Notes under the pieces: model-generated
The model's input: the letters and a program-made list of their open reading frames with translations, nothing else
Told to the model about the DNA's origin: nothing
Database searches by the model: none
Position numbers and translations under genes: made by a program
Source: Candidatus Latescibacterota bacterium
Lineage (GTDB): Bacteria; Latescibacterota; UBA2968
NCBI GenBank assembly: GCA_965208125.1
Contig: OZ242320.1
Location: 672,001 to 736,000 of the forward strand
Direction of reading: 5' to 3'
Length of the DNA: 64,000 nt
Part shown: positions 39,584 through 48,903 of the stretch, one piece after another
How positions within the stretch are numbered: position 1 is the stretch's first letter
Layout of the letters: the number at the start of each line of letters is the position of its first letter

Positions 39584-40387
39584 TTATTCAAACGGAATAT
39601 CATCCGCATTAAAAACCTGCGTGCGTTTCATCATGCGGCGTTCCGATGGGGGAAAGGGTTCGCGGCGATGCATCGTAGGGCGGTTATCCCACATCACAAG
39701 ATCGCCAACCTGCCAGACGTGGGTCCATAAAAATTCGGGACGGGCCGCGTGCTCAAAAAGCATCTTGAGAAGCGCGTCGCTCTCATCGGCGGGCATATCG
39801 AGAATATATTTGGTCAGATGGGGACCGGCATAAAGCGACTTGCGCCCGGTTTCTGGATGGGTGCGCACGACCGGATGGTCAACGCGCTCGGGTGGATTTT
39901 GTTCCTCAACATAATGGCGATGCACGGCTCGCAATCCCGTGAGCCGTTTTTTCATATCTTCATCTAACGCTTCATACGCGGCATAACAATTGCACCACTG
40001 GGTATTGCCCCCAGTACTGGGAATCTCAAGCGCATAGAGAACAGAAATAGTACCAGGCCTCTTGAGATATGACAAATCGGAGTGAAAGCTAACCTCCCCA
40101 TCGCCCAGAGCACCGATAGGCTGGCCGTTCTCCTCGATATTGGAAACAATAAAAATCTCTTTGTGTTCGCGGTCGAGCTGTTTGCGAACGTGTTCGACTG
40201 CACGGCCAAAATAATTGGTAAAACGAATCTGATCTTCCTCGCTTAAATCCTGATCGCGAAAATACACCACACAGTAATCGAGCAATGCCTGACGAATGGC
40301 CCGGACGGTATCATATTCGAGTGCCTGCGAAAGATCAAGCCCCCGAATTTCAGCGCCCAGTGCGCCGCCAGAAGGTATAACTTGCAT
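39584..40387 (-). CDS. TauD/TfdA-family 2-oxoglutarate dioxygenase
   Basis: LGAEIRGLDL, FHSD, HPVVRTHPETGRKSL, WDNRPTMH; start at MQVIP after SD GAGGTG. Confidence 0.92.
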   Translation of the reverse strand: MQVIPSGGALGAEIRGLDLSQALEYDTVRAIRQALLDYCVVYFRDQDLSEEDQIRFTNYFGRAVEHVRKQLDREHKEIFIVSNIEENGQPIGALGDGEVSFHSDLSYLKRPGTISVLYALEIPSTGGNTQWCNCYAAYEALDEDMKKRLTGLRAVHRHYVEEQNPPERVDHPVVRTHPETGRKSLYAGPHLTKYILDMPADESDALLKMLFEHAARPEFLWTHVWQVGDLVMWDNRPTMHRREPFPPSERRMMKRTQVFNADDIPFE

Positions 40388-40400
40388 AGTTCGTACCACC

Positions 40401-41231
40401 TCACCTATCGGGCCATTTATACGCGACCTTTGCATTCTTCCAAAAATACTTCTCCAGCACCGCATCACCCTTTTGAGAAAAATAATCATACACAAGGCGT
40501 TGCGCCTCGGCAGGCGTGCGCTTGCTGCGTTCGAGAACCGGCCAATCACTGCCGTAAATCACGCGATCTTCACCAAAAAGCTGCCAGAGCGCGTCGAGCA
40601 AATAGACATAAAAATCGGGATCTGTGGGCGCTGGAATAACCTGACAGCGCAAATCCATTAGACCCGACACCTTGCAAAAAATATTGGGCTGTTCCGCGGC
40701 TTTTTGCATAAGCTCCAAATGCTCGGGCGCGATGGGATTGCCATCTGCCGGAATATTGCCGCAGTGATTGATCACAATGCGAAGATCGGGCAATCGACGC
40801 GCGATTTCGATAACCGCCTCATTGATCCCCGAATCGAGTTCGAGATCGTGTTCGACGAGCTTTTCAAAAGCACCCGCCATCTCGCCCAAATCTTCTCGCT
40901 CCCAGGGATGGGTACGCGGGCGAATACCCAAAAAGAGTGGATTGGGAGATAGGCGGTTGAGATGATCGCCAAAATCCTCAGCGCGCGGATCGAGATTGCC
41001 AACCAGCCCCACGATAAACGGATCATCCTCGATCACATCGAGCACCCATTGGTTGTCTTCAACCCATGTACTCGCCTCGACAATAATAGCCCCCGTAACA
41101 CCTTCAGACGCGACCAGTGCTCTGTAGTCTTCGGGCATAACGCGGCGATAAATCTCGTCATCGGGTTCGGGAAAGGGCACCCCCTCTGGACGAGTGGGAT
41201 CGTAAATATGGATATGCGTATCGATAATCAT
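40401..41231 (-). CDS. Amidohydrolase_2 family (lactonase-like)
   Basis: IDTHIH, INHCG, CKVSG, YGSDWP. Confidence 0.9.
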   Translation of the reverse strand: MIIDTHIHIYDPTRPEGVPFPEPDDEIYRRVMPEDYRALVASEGVTGAIIVEASTWVEDNQWVLDVIEDDPFIVGLVGNLDPRAEDFGDHLNRLSPNPLFLGIRPRTHPWEREDLGEMAGAFEKLVEHDLELDSGINEAVIEIARRLPDLRIVINHCGNIPADGNPIAPEHLELMQKAAEQPNIFCKVSGLMDLRCQVIPAPTDPDFYVYLLDALWQLFGEDRVIYGSDWPVLERSKRTPAEAQRLVYDYFSQKGDAVLEKYFWKNAKVAYKWPDR

Positions 41232-41242
41232 TCATGACTCCT

Positions 41243-42118
41243 CTATAGTACAACTTCTTCTATGTCCATATGCTCGCGCAATCGCCCGAGCGCGCGGTCT
41301 TTGAGCTGGCGTACGCGCTCGCGGCTAATGTGAAAACGCTTGCCCACCTGCTCCAGCGATTCCGCGTTATCGACATCCAGGCCAAAATAACGATTGATAA
41401 TCTCAGCTTCGCGCTCGGGCAAATCGGCCAGACCCTTGTGCAAAAGATCGCGCAATCGGCTGGCATGCACATCCTCATCTGGTTGGGGTGCATCATCGGG
41501 AACAACATCGGCAAACCGACGGTCCCCATCTTCATATACTGGTCCGTCGAGCGAAACAGATGCGCGGCTCGTTTGCAGCGCCTTATGAACCCTCCGAGTT
41601 GAAAAATCAGTCTCTGAAGCCAACTCGTCAATCGTGGGAACGCGACCGTATTCTTGTGAAAGTGCGGCAGACACTTTATTGAGCACATCGCGATCATCTA
41701 TCTGATTGACCGGAAACGCGACCGGATGCGTCTGGCGATTAATAGCAGAGAGAATAGCCTGGCGAATCCACCACACCGCATAAGTGATAAATTTGTACCC
41801 GCGCTCTGGATCATAGGTTTGAGTAGCGCGTATAAGGCCCATATTGCCCTCGGCGATGAGATCGGAAAGGGGCAACCCACGCCCCGTGTATTCGCCAGCC
41901 ACGCGCACAACAAAGCGCAAATTGGCTTTAATGAGGTGATCCAGCGCCTTTTGATCGCCCTTGTGCGCGGCATTTATAGCCTTGACTTCGTCCTCTCGGG
42001 AAAGAGGGGTGTATTTGCGAATATCACGCAAATAAAGATCTGTAAGCTGGCCCTGAGCCTGCGAAGGAGAATCGCTTCCAGTTAAGGGCTCAACTGATTT
42101 TTTTAATTCTTTTTTCAT
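41243..42118 (-). CDS. Sigma70-family factor (RpoD/RpoS-like, lacking region 1.1)
   Basis: YLRDI, ANLRFVV, DLIAEGNMGL, KFITYAVWWIRQAI, SRERVRQ; ATGA overlap with the MerR stop. Confidence 0.92.
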   Translation of the reverse strand: MKKELKKSVEPLTGSDSPSQAQGQLTDLYLRDIRKYTPLSREDEVKAINAAHKGDQKALDHLIKANLRFVVRVAGEYTGRGLPLSDLIAEGNMGLIRATQTYDPERGYKFITYAVWWIRQAILSAINRQTHPVAFPVNQIDDRDVLNKVSAALSQEYGRVPTIDELASETDFSTRRVHKALQTSRASVSLDGPVYEDGDRRFADVVPDDAPQPDEDVHASRLRDLLHKGLADLPEREAEIINRYFGLDVDNAESLEQVGKRFHISRERVRQLKDRALGRLREHMDIEEVVL

Positions 42119-42621
42119 AGCTTTAATTCCAGTGTCTCGGCAGTTGATGTAGAGTGAAAAAATGGTACGGACTGACACGTCGGTTGGTTGAGCGTTTGAC
42201 ACGCTGGACAGAGACGCTCTTCAACTCTGAGATCACAGGGCAAACACGCGCAGATACTGGCTATGGTTTGGGTCAGCGTTTTGCGTATATGCTTGTAGTG
42301 TTCAATCTGTTCTTCAACTTCTTTAAGACGTTCATTGAGATCTTCGAGAATATCATGCGCAAGTTCACCTGCAGTTTTGTTTTGCTCTCGTTTGTCAATA
42401 ATGATCTTGATATGTTCGAGATCAAATTCCATCTCTTTGAGACTCAAAATCATGCGCAACCGCGTCAGTTGCTCGTGGGAATAACATCGAAAACCACCGC
42501 TACTTCGACATTCGGGATATATCAGACCCATCTCTTCGTAATAGCGCACTGTGCGGGTAGTCGTACCGGCTTCTTTTGCCAATTTCCCAATATGCATCAA
42601 ACCATCATCGCATTTTGACAC
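42115..42621 (-). CDS. MerR-family regulator with a Cys-rich C-terminus
   Basis: IGKLAKEAGTTTRTVRYYEEMGLI; C-terminal CACLPC..CPAC..C. Confidence 0.9.
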   Translation of the reverse strand: MSKCDDGLMHIGKLAKEAGTTTRTVRYYEEMGLIYPECRSSGGFRCYSHEQLTRLRMILSLKEMEFDLEHIKIIIDKREQNKTAGELAHDILEDLNERLKEVEEQIEHYKHIRKTLTQTIASICACLPCDLRVEERLCPACQTLNQPTCQSVPFFHSTSTAETLELKL

Positions 42622-42655
42622 AACAAATCACCTCGTTTTTATGGGTAAATAGACA

Positions 42656-42745
42656 AACTTTGACGTAACGTTAAAGTTGGGCGTAAAAATATACCCCAAC
42701 ACAACATCAATGTCAACGAAAAACTTTGACGTAACGTTAAGGTTT
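42656..42745 (-). promoter_or_regulatory. Promoter flanked by two 23-bp palindromic operators
   Basis: aactttgacgtaacgttaaagtt (42656-78) and aactttgacgtaacgttaaggtt (42722-44) around TTGACA(42711-16)-N17-TATATT(42688-93). Confidence 0.85.
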
Positions 42746-42759
42746 GGCAATCAACGATC

Positions 42760-43935
42760 TCAATGGTGGAACAAACGCACCCCGGTCATAACCAGAAGCA
42801 TACCGTATTCATCACAGGCTGCGATAACATCGTCGTCGCGCACTGAACCTCCGGTTTCAACCACGTATTTGACGCCCGTACGAGCGGCGCGATCAATATT
42901 ATCTCGAAAGGGAATAAACGCATCGGAACTGAGCACAATATCGTCCATCTGTCCAATCCAATCTCGCCTCGCGTCCTCGCTTAAAATCAGAGGCACTGTC
43001 TCGAAACAACCTTCCCAAACCCGACGTTCCTCATCGGTCATATTGCCGCGCAAATAAGCTTCAATAGCATTGATCTTTTCAGGGCGCTTCAGACCTCTTC
43101 TAAATTTGAAATTGAGAATATCTGGATGCTGGCGCAAATACCACGCTTCGGCTTTACCCGCGGCAATCTCCGTACACGCCAGACGATTTTGCTGCCCAGC
43201 ACCATTGCCGATAACCTGTCCATCAAAGGCAAAACACATCGAATTGGATTGCGTGTACTTCAGAACAATAGTCGCCAGGAGCATATCGCGCTGTGCCTCG
43301 GCAGAAACCTCTTTATTCTCTGTTACAATATTCATTAAAATATCTGTATTAATGGCTTTGGTATTGCGCGTCTGTTCCAGAACAACGCCGAAAACATCGC
43401 GAGTCTCCGGACCAGCAGGTGCGTATGATTCATCCATCTGGAGAATGGGATAACTACCACCTTTTTTCCTTTTTAGAATATCGAACGCCTCCGGTTGATA
43501 CCCCGGAGCAATAATGCCATCGGACACTTCGCGGCTGAGCAAACGCGCAGTCGATTGATCCACCTCATCGCTCAAAGCTACCCAATCGCCAAAAGAAGAA
43601 AGCCTATCCGCACCCCGAGCGCGGGCATAAGCCGTAGCCAGAGGCGAAAGATTGAGATCATCGACAAAATACGCCCTTTGCAGCGCGTCGGAAATGGGAA
43701 CAGCAACAGCTGCACCAGCAGGGCTTAAGTGTTTAAAAGATGCCGCCGCCGGCAGATTGAGCACCTCTTTGAGCGCACGCACGAGTTGCCATGAATTGAG
43801 CGCATCGAGCAGGTTGATATAACCCGGCGCGCCATTGAGCACCGTGAAGGGCAGTTTGCCGCTGGGAGAATACGCACGCGCATCAGATTGATGCGGGTTG
43901 CAACCATAGCGCAGAGACAGTCCATCTTGAGACAT
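42760..43935 (-). CDS. purH: AICAR formyltransferase (PurH-type, short form)
   Basis: LRYGCNPHQ, SFKHLSPAG, KYTQSNS, GAGQQNR, SDAFIPFRDN; lacks the N-terminal IMP cyclohydrolase domain. Confidence 0.9.
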   Translation of the reverse strand: MSQDGLSLRYGCNPHQSDARAYSPSGKLPFTVLNGAPGYINLLDALNSWQLVRALKEVLNLPAAASFKHLSPAGAAVAVPISDALQRAYFVDDLNLSPLATAYARARGADRLSSFGDWVALSDEVDQSTARLLSREVSDGIIAPGYQPEAFDILKRKKGGSYPILQMDESYAPAGPETRDVFGVVLEQTRNTKAINTDILMNIVTENKEVSAEAQRDMLLATIVLKYTQSNSMCFAFDGQVIGNGAGQQNRLACTEIAAGKAEAWYLRQHPDILNFKFRRGLKRPEKINAIEAYLRGNMTDEERRVWEGCFETVPLILSEDARRDWIGQMDDIVLSSDAFIPFRDNIDRAARTGVKYVVETGGSVRDDDVIAACDEYGMLLVMTGVRLFHH

Positions 43936-43958
43936 AAGACAATCCTTTTGGAAAAACT

Positions 43959-43989
43959 AAAAAAAGCCCAATCCTCTAACGGATTGAGC
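43959..43989 (-). terminator. Riboswitch expression-platform terminator
   Basis: gctcaatcc-gttaga-ggattgggc-TTTTTTT overlapping the aptamer 3' end. Confidence 0.8.
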
Positions 43990-44066
43990 CCAGGCGATCG
44001 ACCCCTTGAATTTTAGCTCTAACGCTCCCCTCCGGTTATTTCCGGATATTCGCCAGTTGCGTCAGA
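43988..44066 (-). ncRNA. ZMP/ZTP (pfl) riboswitch
   Basis: Minus strand gacgcAACTGGCGAA..ccgg..ccggaGGGGAGCGtt ... gtcgatCGCCTGGGC upstream of purH; promoter TTGACA(44106-11)-N17-TATATT. Confidence 0.88.
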
Positions 44067-44117
44067 TACTATTGGTAAAATCAATATAACGGGGAGCTGC
44101 ATATATGTCAACAGCCA

Positions 44118-45329
44118 TCAACTCGGCCCTCTGTCAACACCCGATACAATTTCCGTAGCACCTGTTTCCGTAGTCACAAAACAGAGCAATTGCTCGGGAT
44201 TAGCCAGGTCGAAAACAACGGGCGAATGCGTAGTGGACAAAATTTGGGCACGCGCTCTATCCTCGTGCTGTGCTACAGCACTGAATGCTTTGAAAACCGC
44301 TTCTACGGCGCCAGAATGGAGACCGTTTTCCGGGACTTCGAGCAAACATATCCCATCGCCATCGGGCGAATAAGCCAGCAATGTTAGAGCCAGCAATCGC
44401 AGGGTCCCATCGGACAACATCCACGACGGTGTTTCGAGATCATTGTGGTGCTTGACCACCAGATAGCAGTGTTGATCTTCGGGACGCACAACTGTGGAAA
44501 CAGCCGATAAACCCGGCAAAACAGTGCACAAAAGCTCCAGCCAGGCCGCATGCTTGCTCGGCTCATTCTCTTTCAGTGCAGCAACCACCCAGGGCAGATT
44601 GGCGCCATTGGACAACAGAGTTTGCGGTTGCCCCGGCGGACTGGGGCGGCGAATGCATTCTCCATTGAGATCGAATTTGCGAATACTGTTTGAAAGCGTG
44701 TGTTTGAGCCATGTAGCGACGGGAAAACGCGCTTCATCCTCGGGCAAATTGCCCAGTGCCGAACGCTTCGCACCGAGCTTGAAAGAAGGATCCCACCCCG
44801 CACCGAATTCATCGTAAAATTTATCATTGCCACCGGGCACTTTATTGACAATGGTCTTGACGCCGCGCAGCCTGGGCGTCGCCAGAGTTTGCGGTATGGG
44901 ACTCTCTACGGCAAAAAGCGATTCTTGAACAGCGCGATCATCTCGCTGAATATCTGTGAGCAAAAGCACCCGCTCGGACAGAATCCCGACTTCACCATTT
45001 TCTTCGGTCACGCCAATGGCGACTTCGTATCGACATCGCGAAAAATCACGATCTGAAAACAGATTGGATTCAGGCGCAGGCACGGACAATTCAACAGCGA
45101 TTTCAAACCGATCTGCAAAACCGTGCCAGGTCAGATCGCGCAAATCATTCGCCCGGTTGTAAATAGCAGTATTGAGACCATCGCGCACAAAATCCCCGAG
45201 AAACGCAATCGCGTCGAGAAAGGTCGTCTTACCGCTGCCATTGGCACCAACCAGCATGTGAAAAGGCGCGAGATCCTGTTCGATATGACGCAAACACTGA
45301 TAATAAAGGGTTTCAAGACGCTGGATCAT
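44118..45329 (-). CDS. AAA_21 ATPase, MADS/MAD3-like, possibly degenerate
   Basis: VGANGSGKTTFLD, LSDGTLRLLAL, LLEVPENGLH, TTHSP. Confidence 0.75.
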   Translation of the reverse strand: MIQRLETLYYQCLRHIEQDLAPFHMLVGANGSGKTTFLDAIAFLGDFVRDGLNTAIYNRANDLRDLTWHGFADRFEIAVELSVPAPESNLFSDRDFSRCRYEVAIGVTEENGEVGILSERVLLLTDIQRDDRAVQESLFAVESPIPQTLATPRLRGVKTIVNKVPGGNDKFYDEFGAGWDPSFKLGAKRSALGNLPEDEARFPVATWLKHTLSNSIRKFDLNGECIRRPSPPGQPQTLLSNGANLPWVVAALKENEPSKHAAWLELLCTVLPGLSAVSTVVRPEDQHCYLVVKHHNDLETPSWMLSDGTLRLLALTLLAYSPDGDGICLLEVPENGLHSGAVEAVFKAFSAVAQHEDRARAQILSTTHSPVVFDLANPEQLLCFVTTETGATEIVSGVDRGPS

Positions 45330-45391
45330 GTGGAACTCCTATATTAAGTTAGAAGCATATTACATGACAGAAAGAGAGGCGTCAAGAGCAA

Positions 45392-46126
45392 ATGCAATCC
45401 AAAAAAACAGTCTTGATCACCGGCGCAACAGACGGAATTGGCCGGGCACTTGCAAAAATCTATCGGAAACGCGGATATCGGTTAGTACTGGTGGGCAGAC
45501 GCACACTGGACACACTCAATGATCCGTTGTACACCAAAGCCACATATTGTCGTACAGACCTATCGCAGAACGATTGTACAAATCGGGTATGCGAATTTCT
45601 GAACGCGCAAAAAATTGACGCCATAGACCTGGCGATTCAAAATGCTGGCACCGGATATTTTGGATCCATCGCAGAACAAAGCGCGGAAAGCATTCGAGAA
45701 ATCACAGCAGTCAACCTGATGGCCCCCTTGCGCTTGACACACGCCCTGATGCCATACCTGAAAAAAACCAATGGAAAACTCGTACTCATCGGCTCAATCG
45801 CACATGCCTTCCCCTGTCCCGATTACGCCGTGTACGCAGCGAGCAAAGAAGCCCTCAACACCCTGGGACGCAATTTGCAAATCGAGAGCGACATAAATGT
45901 ACAGATCATTCACCCGGGTGCGACACGGACGGGCTTGCATCGAAAAATTGGCATGGACAACGAAAAGACAAAGGGATTTCCGTCCGCAGAAAAGATCGCC
46001 CGAAAAATCACACAGGCGATAGATAGACGGCGTTTTGTCGCGACAATTGGATGGGGAAATGCATGGGCGCGATTTTTGGGACGCTATTGCGAAGGCATCA
46101 TCAACGCCATGGTGCGAGCGACGTGA
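45392..46126 (+). CDS. Short-chain dehydrogenase/reductase
   Basis: TGATDGIG, QNAG, YAASK. Confidence 0.9.
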   Translation: MQSKKTVLITGATDGIGRALAKIYRKRGYRLVLVGRRTLDTLNDPLYTKATYCRTDLSQNDCTNRVCEFLNAQKIDAIDLAIQNAGTGYFGSIAEQSAESIREITAVNLMAPLRLTHALMPYLKKTNGKLVLIGSIAHAFPCPDYAVYAASKEALNTLGRNLQIESDINVQIIHPGATRTGLHRKIGMDNEKTKGFPSAEKIARKITQAIDRRRFVATIGWGNAWARFLGRYCEGIINAMVRAT

Positions 46127-46869
46127 AACACGCGGTCATTACAGGCGCGGCGCATGGAATCGGCAAAGCACTTGCCCATCGCTTTGCACAGGCGGGATAT
46201 ACCATAACGGGCGTGGATATAGATGCCGCGGGCGCAGTGAAAGTCCAACGAGAATTGGATGCGCGATTTGTCATTGCAGACCTGCGTTCTGAAGCAGGCA
46301 CCGCACGAGTACTCCCCGAATTACTCCAGAAAAAACCAATTGACGTATTGATCCACAACGCGGGCATCAACGCCGTGGGGCGATTTTCCGACATAAGCAT
46401 AGAAAATCACGAACACGTAATCGCCGTAAACTTCTACGCACCGATGCGACTCACAGCGTCATTGCTAAAAGCCGACCTGATAGCAAAAGGCGCGTCCATA
46501 GTCTTCATCTCCTCCCTTTCCCACTACACCAGCTATCCGGGTGCTGCAACTTATGCGGCAACCAAAAGCGGATTGGCCTCCTACGCACGAAGTTTATCCA
46601 TCGCTCTCGCGCCGCAGAATATTCACGTCATGACAGTCTTTCCCGGTCCAACGCGCACAGCCCATGCGCAGCGACACAGCCCGCACAACACACGCGAAGA
46701 AAAACGCATGCCACCCGAAAAATTGGCGCACCACATCTTTCGAGGAATAAAAAAGAAAAAGCACCTGATCGTACCAGGTGCTACCAATCGCATGCTCGCC
46801 CTCCTGGGCAAATGGTGCCCGCCCCTGATGGCGTATGCGATGCGTAAGGCGATTTTAGAAAAATTGTGA
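46123..46869 (+). CDS. Short-chain dehydrogenase/reductase
   Basis: TGAAHGIG, HNAG, YAATK; GTGA overlap with the previous gene. Confidence 0.9.
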   Translation: MKHAVITGAAHGIGKALAHRFAQAGYTITGVDIDAAGAVKVQRELDARFVIADLRSEAGTARVLPELLQKKPIDVLIHNAGINAVGRFSDISIENHEHVIAVNFYAPMRLTASLLKADLIAKGASIVFISSLSHYTSYPGAATYAATKSGLASYARSLSIALAPQNIHVMTVFPGPTRTAHAQRHSPHNTREEKRMPPEKLAHHIFRGIKKKKHLIVPGATNRMLALLGKWCPPLMAYAMRKAILEKL

Positions 46870-46871
46870 TC

Positions 46872-48002
46872 TTATGCCTCCGAATCCATAAACTCCCGCA
46901 CGTATTCGCCTTTGGGCGTCAACACAGTGGTGACATCAATCACATTGGGTACTTGATCCATAATATTCTCACGGACCTGTTTAACGATATCATGCCCTTC
47001 TGATATCGTGATATCCGGCTCGACTTCCGCTGTTAATTCAACATACAGAGCACTCCCCATGGTCCGTATGCGGATATTGTGGGTAAATGTAATGGCTTCT
47101 ACCTTCTCCGCCATCTCTTCAATCAGGGCAATCACCTTTAACGAAGGCGCGAAATCAATCAACTCTTTAACCGCGGAACTCCCAACCTCCCAGGCACTGT
47201 GCAGGATCAGGCTCGCAATCACGATAGTAGTAATCTGATTGATCAAACTGAAGGTAGGAAAATAAGATGAGACAAAAATGCTCAGAAGAACGGCAAACGC
47301 ACTGGCAGAATCGGCTCGATGATGCCATGCTTTCGCAATCAGCATGGGGCTGTTCAGACCTATGCCCTTTCGCCGAGTAATGCGAAAAAGTATTTCCTTG
47401 GCAATTATTGAAATAATGATGACCACACTGACGAGGAACAAATGACTTGAGAAATCTGCATCATGGCCTACGGAATGCTCGTGACCATGAGCCTCTTTTG
47501 TAGCAGGTGTTTCCACGGGATGCTCATGACTGTGCGCCTCTATTGTATCAGGCGTTGTGGGATGCTCGTGACCGTGGGCCTCCTTTGCATCAGGTACTTC
47601 TGCTTTTTCCACAATATTTACGGAAATCCCATGCCCATGGCCATGCCCATGACCGTGATAGCCAAAAGTACTCAGGATCAGTTCTATACTCACAAACGCG
47701 AGGAGAAAAGCTGCAAAAAGCGACAGGAGAGTTTCGATCCGACGGCGGCCGTAATGGAATCTCAAATCCTCACGCTTTTTCTCAGACTGCGATCCCATCA
47801 GCACAGCGACCCAGGCGACGACATCGGATACAATATCCGATAGCGAGTGGACCCCTGCAGCAATCAATGGAAGGTATCCGGTAAAATTGCCAAGACCAAT
47901 TTTTACGACACCCAGTATGCCGTTCGTGATCCCACTTGCAGTGATAAGGGTTGTCGCTTCCTTAAGTCTGATTTTTTCACTGTGATCTACATGTGCGTGC
48001 AT
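46872..48002 (-). CDS. Cation diffusion facilitator with a His-rich loop
   Basis: HSLSD, WHHRAD, C-terminal ZT_dimer domain; inserted HGHGHGHG and three EAHxHEH repeats. Confidence 0.9.
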   Translation of the reverse strand: MHAHVDHSEKIRLKEATTLITASGITNGILGVVKIGLGNFTGYLPLIAAGVHSLSDIVSDVVAWVAVLMGSQSEKKREDLRFHYGRRRIETLLSLFAAFLLAFVSIELILSTFGYHGHGHGHGHGISVNIVEKAEVPDAKEAHGHEHPTTPDTIEAHSHEHPVETPATKEAHGHEHSVGHDADFSSHLFLVSVVIIISIIAKEILFRITRRKGIGLNSPMLIAKAWHHRADSASAFAVLLSIFVSSYFPTFSLINQITTIVIASLILHSAWEVGSSAVKELIDFAPSLKVIALIEEMAEKVEAITFTHNIRIRTMGSALYVELTAEVEPDITISEGHDIVKQVRENIMDQVPNVIDVTTVLTPKGEYVREFMDSEA

Positions 48003-48046
48003 AACACTTTCTCGAATTAACAGTTATAGATTTTTTCACCCTACCT

Positions 48047-48760
48047 CTATTCACTCTTTTTTCCCACAAAAAAAGGACCTAGCGATTCGACATAAAGCGC
48101 GGTTTGCTGGGTTTTTCTCATATCCTGCACAACGCGAGAAAGCGGATAGAGTTCTGCACCGATCAGGCCAATCACAAAATCGTTGTCATCGGCATCCAAA
48201 CCGTAACTCGCCAAGCGAATATCGTGCGCGTAATCTTCGCGTCCATAAGCGCGTCCGATAGAAGCGTGCTCCATCAAAATTTTGCGCTGTTCCCTGTGAT
48301 CGAGACGAGCAAAAGCCCCATTGCGACGCAGCGGGTACCAGATCGCCCAGGGCCATTCGGAATTGAGCACATTATCGCGTGGTCGGTCAATAAGGGCGTA
48401 TTCGAGATCTGGCTCGTAACCCGTGGCATACGTTCGCCCGAGCATGGTCAGTTCAGGGCGACGTGTACAGGCAGAGAATGGATCGCTACTGAGCAGCGCG
48501 CGAATATCTGTCACAAACAAATCCGGCGATTCCGTCAAAAAAACAATGCCAATGCCATAGGGATCTTGCACATCGAGATAGAGCGCGGCATCGAGACCGC
48601 TTTGATCGAGCACCTCAGATACAGCATCGACATCCCTGACATCAGTAAAAACCTGCAACTGCATGTAAAGCCGCCGATCACTCGTTTGCGGTTTCCCATC
48701 AACAGGCGCGCCGTGTTCGAGAATATCGAGTTTTTCTTTCGATTCAGTGGGATGATGCAC
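48047..48760 (-). CDS. Chlorite dismutase/coproheme decarboxylase (HemQ) family
   Basis: YPLRR..ILMEHASIG, YGLDADDNDFV, MRKT, GPFFVG. Confidence 0.8.
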   Translation of the reverse strand: MHHPTESKEKLDILEHGAPVDGKPQTSDRRLYMQLQVFTDVRDVDAVSEVLDQSGLDAALYLDVQDPYGIGIVFLTESPDLFVTDIRALLSSDPFSACTRRPELTMLGRTYATGYEPDLEYALIDRPRDNVLNSEWPWAIWYPLRRNGAFARLDHREQRKILMEHASIGRAYGREDYAHDIRLASYGLDADDNDFVIGLIGAELYPLSRVVQDMRKTQQTALYVESLGPFFVGKKSE

Positions 48761-48903
48761 GTCTTCAGGCCTCCAGTTATGTGTTCTACTGCAAAACTCT
48801 TTTCATCTTCAACGCGAAAAGATATGACTTGACCCTAAAAAGAGCAAGTCCCAGATCAGGCTACTGATCTGAGACTTGGAGTTAGGATAACAGACCAATA
48901 AAA

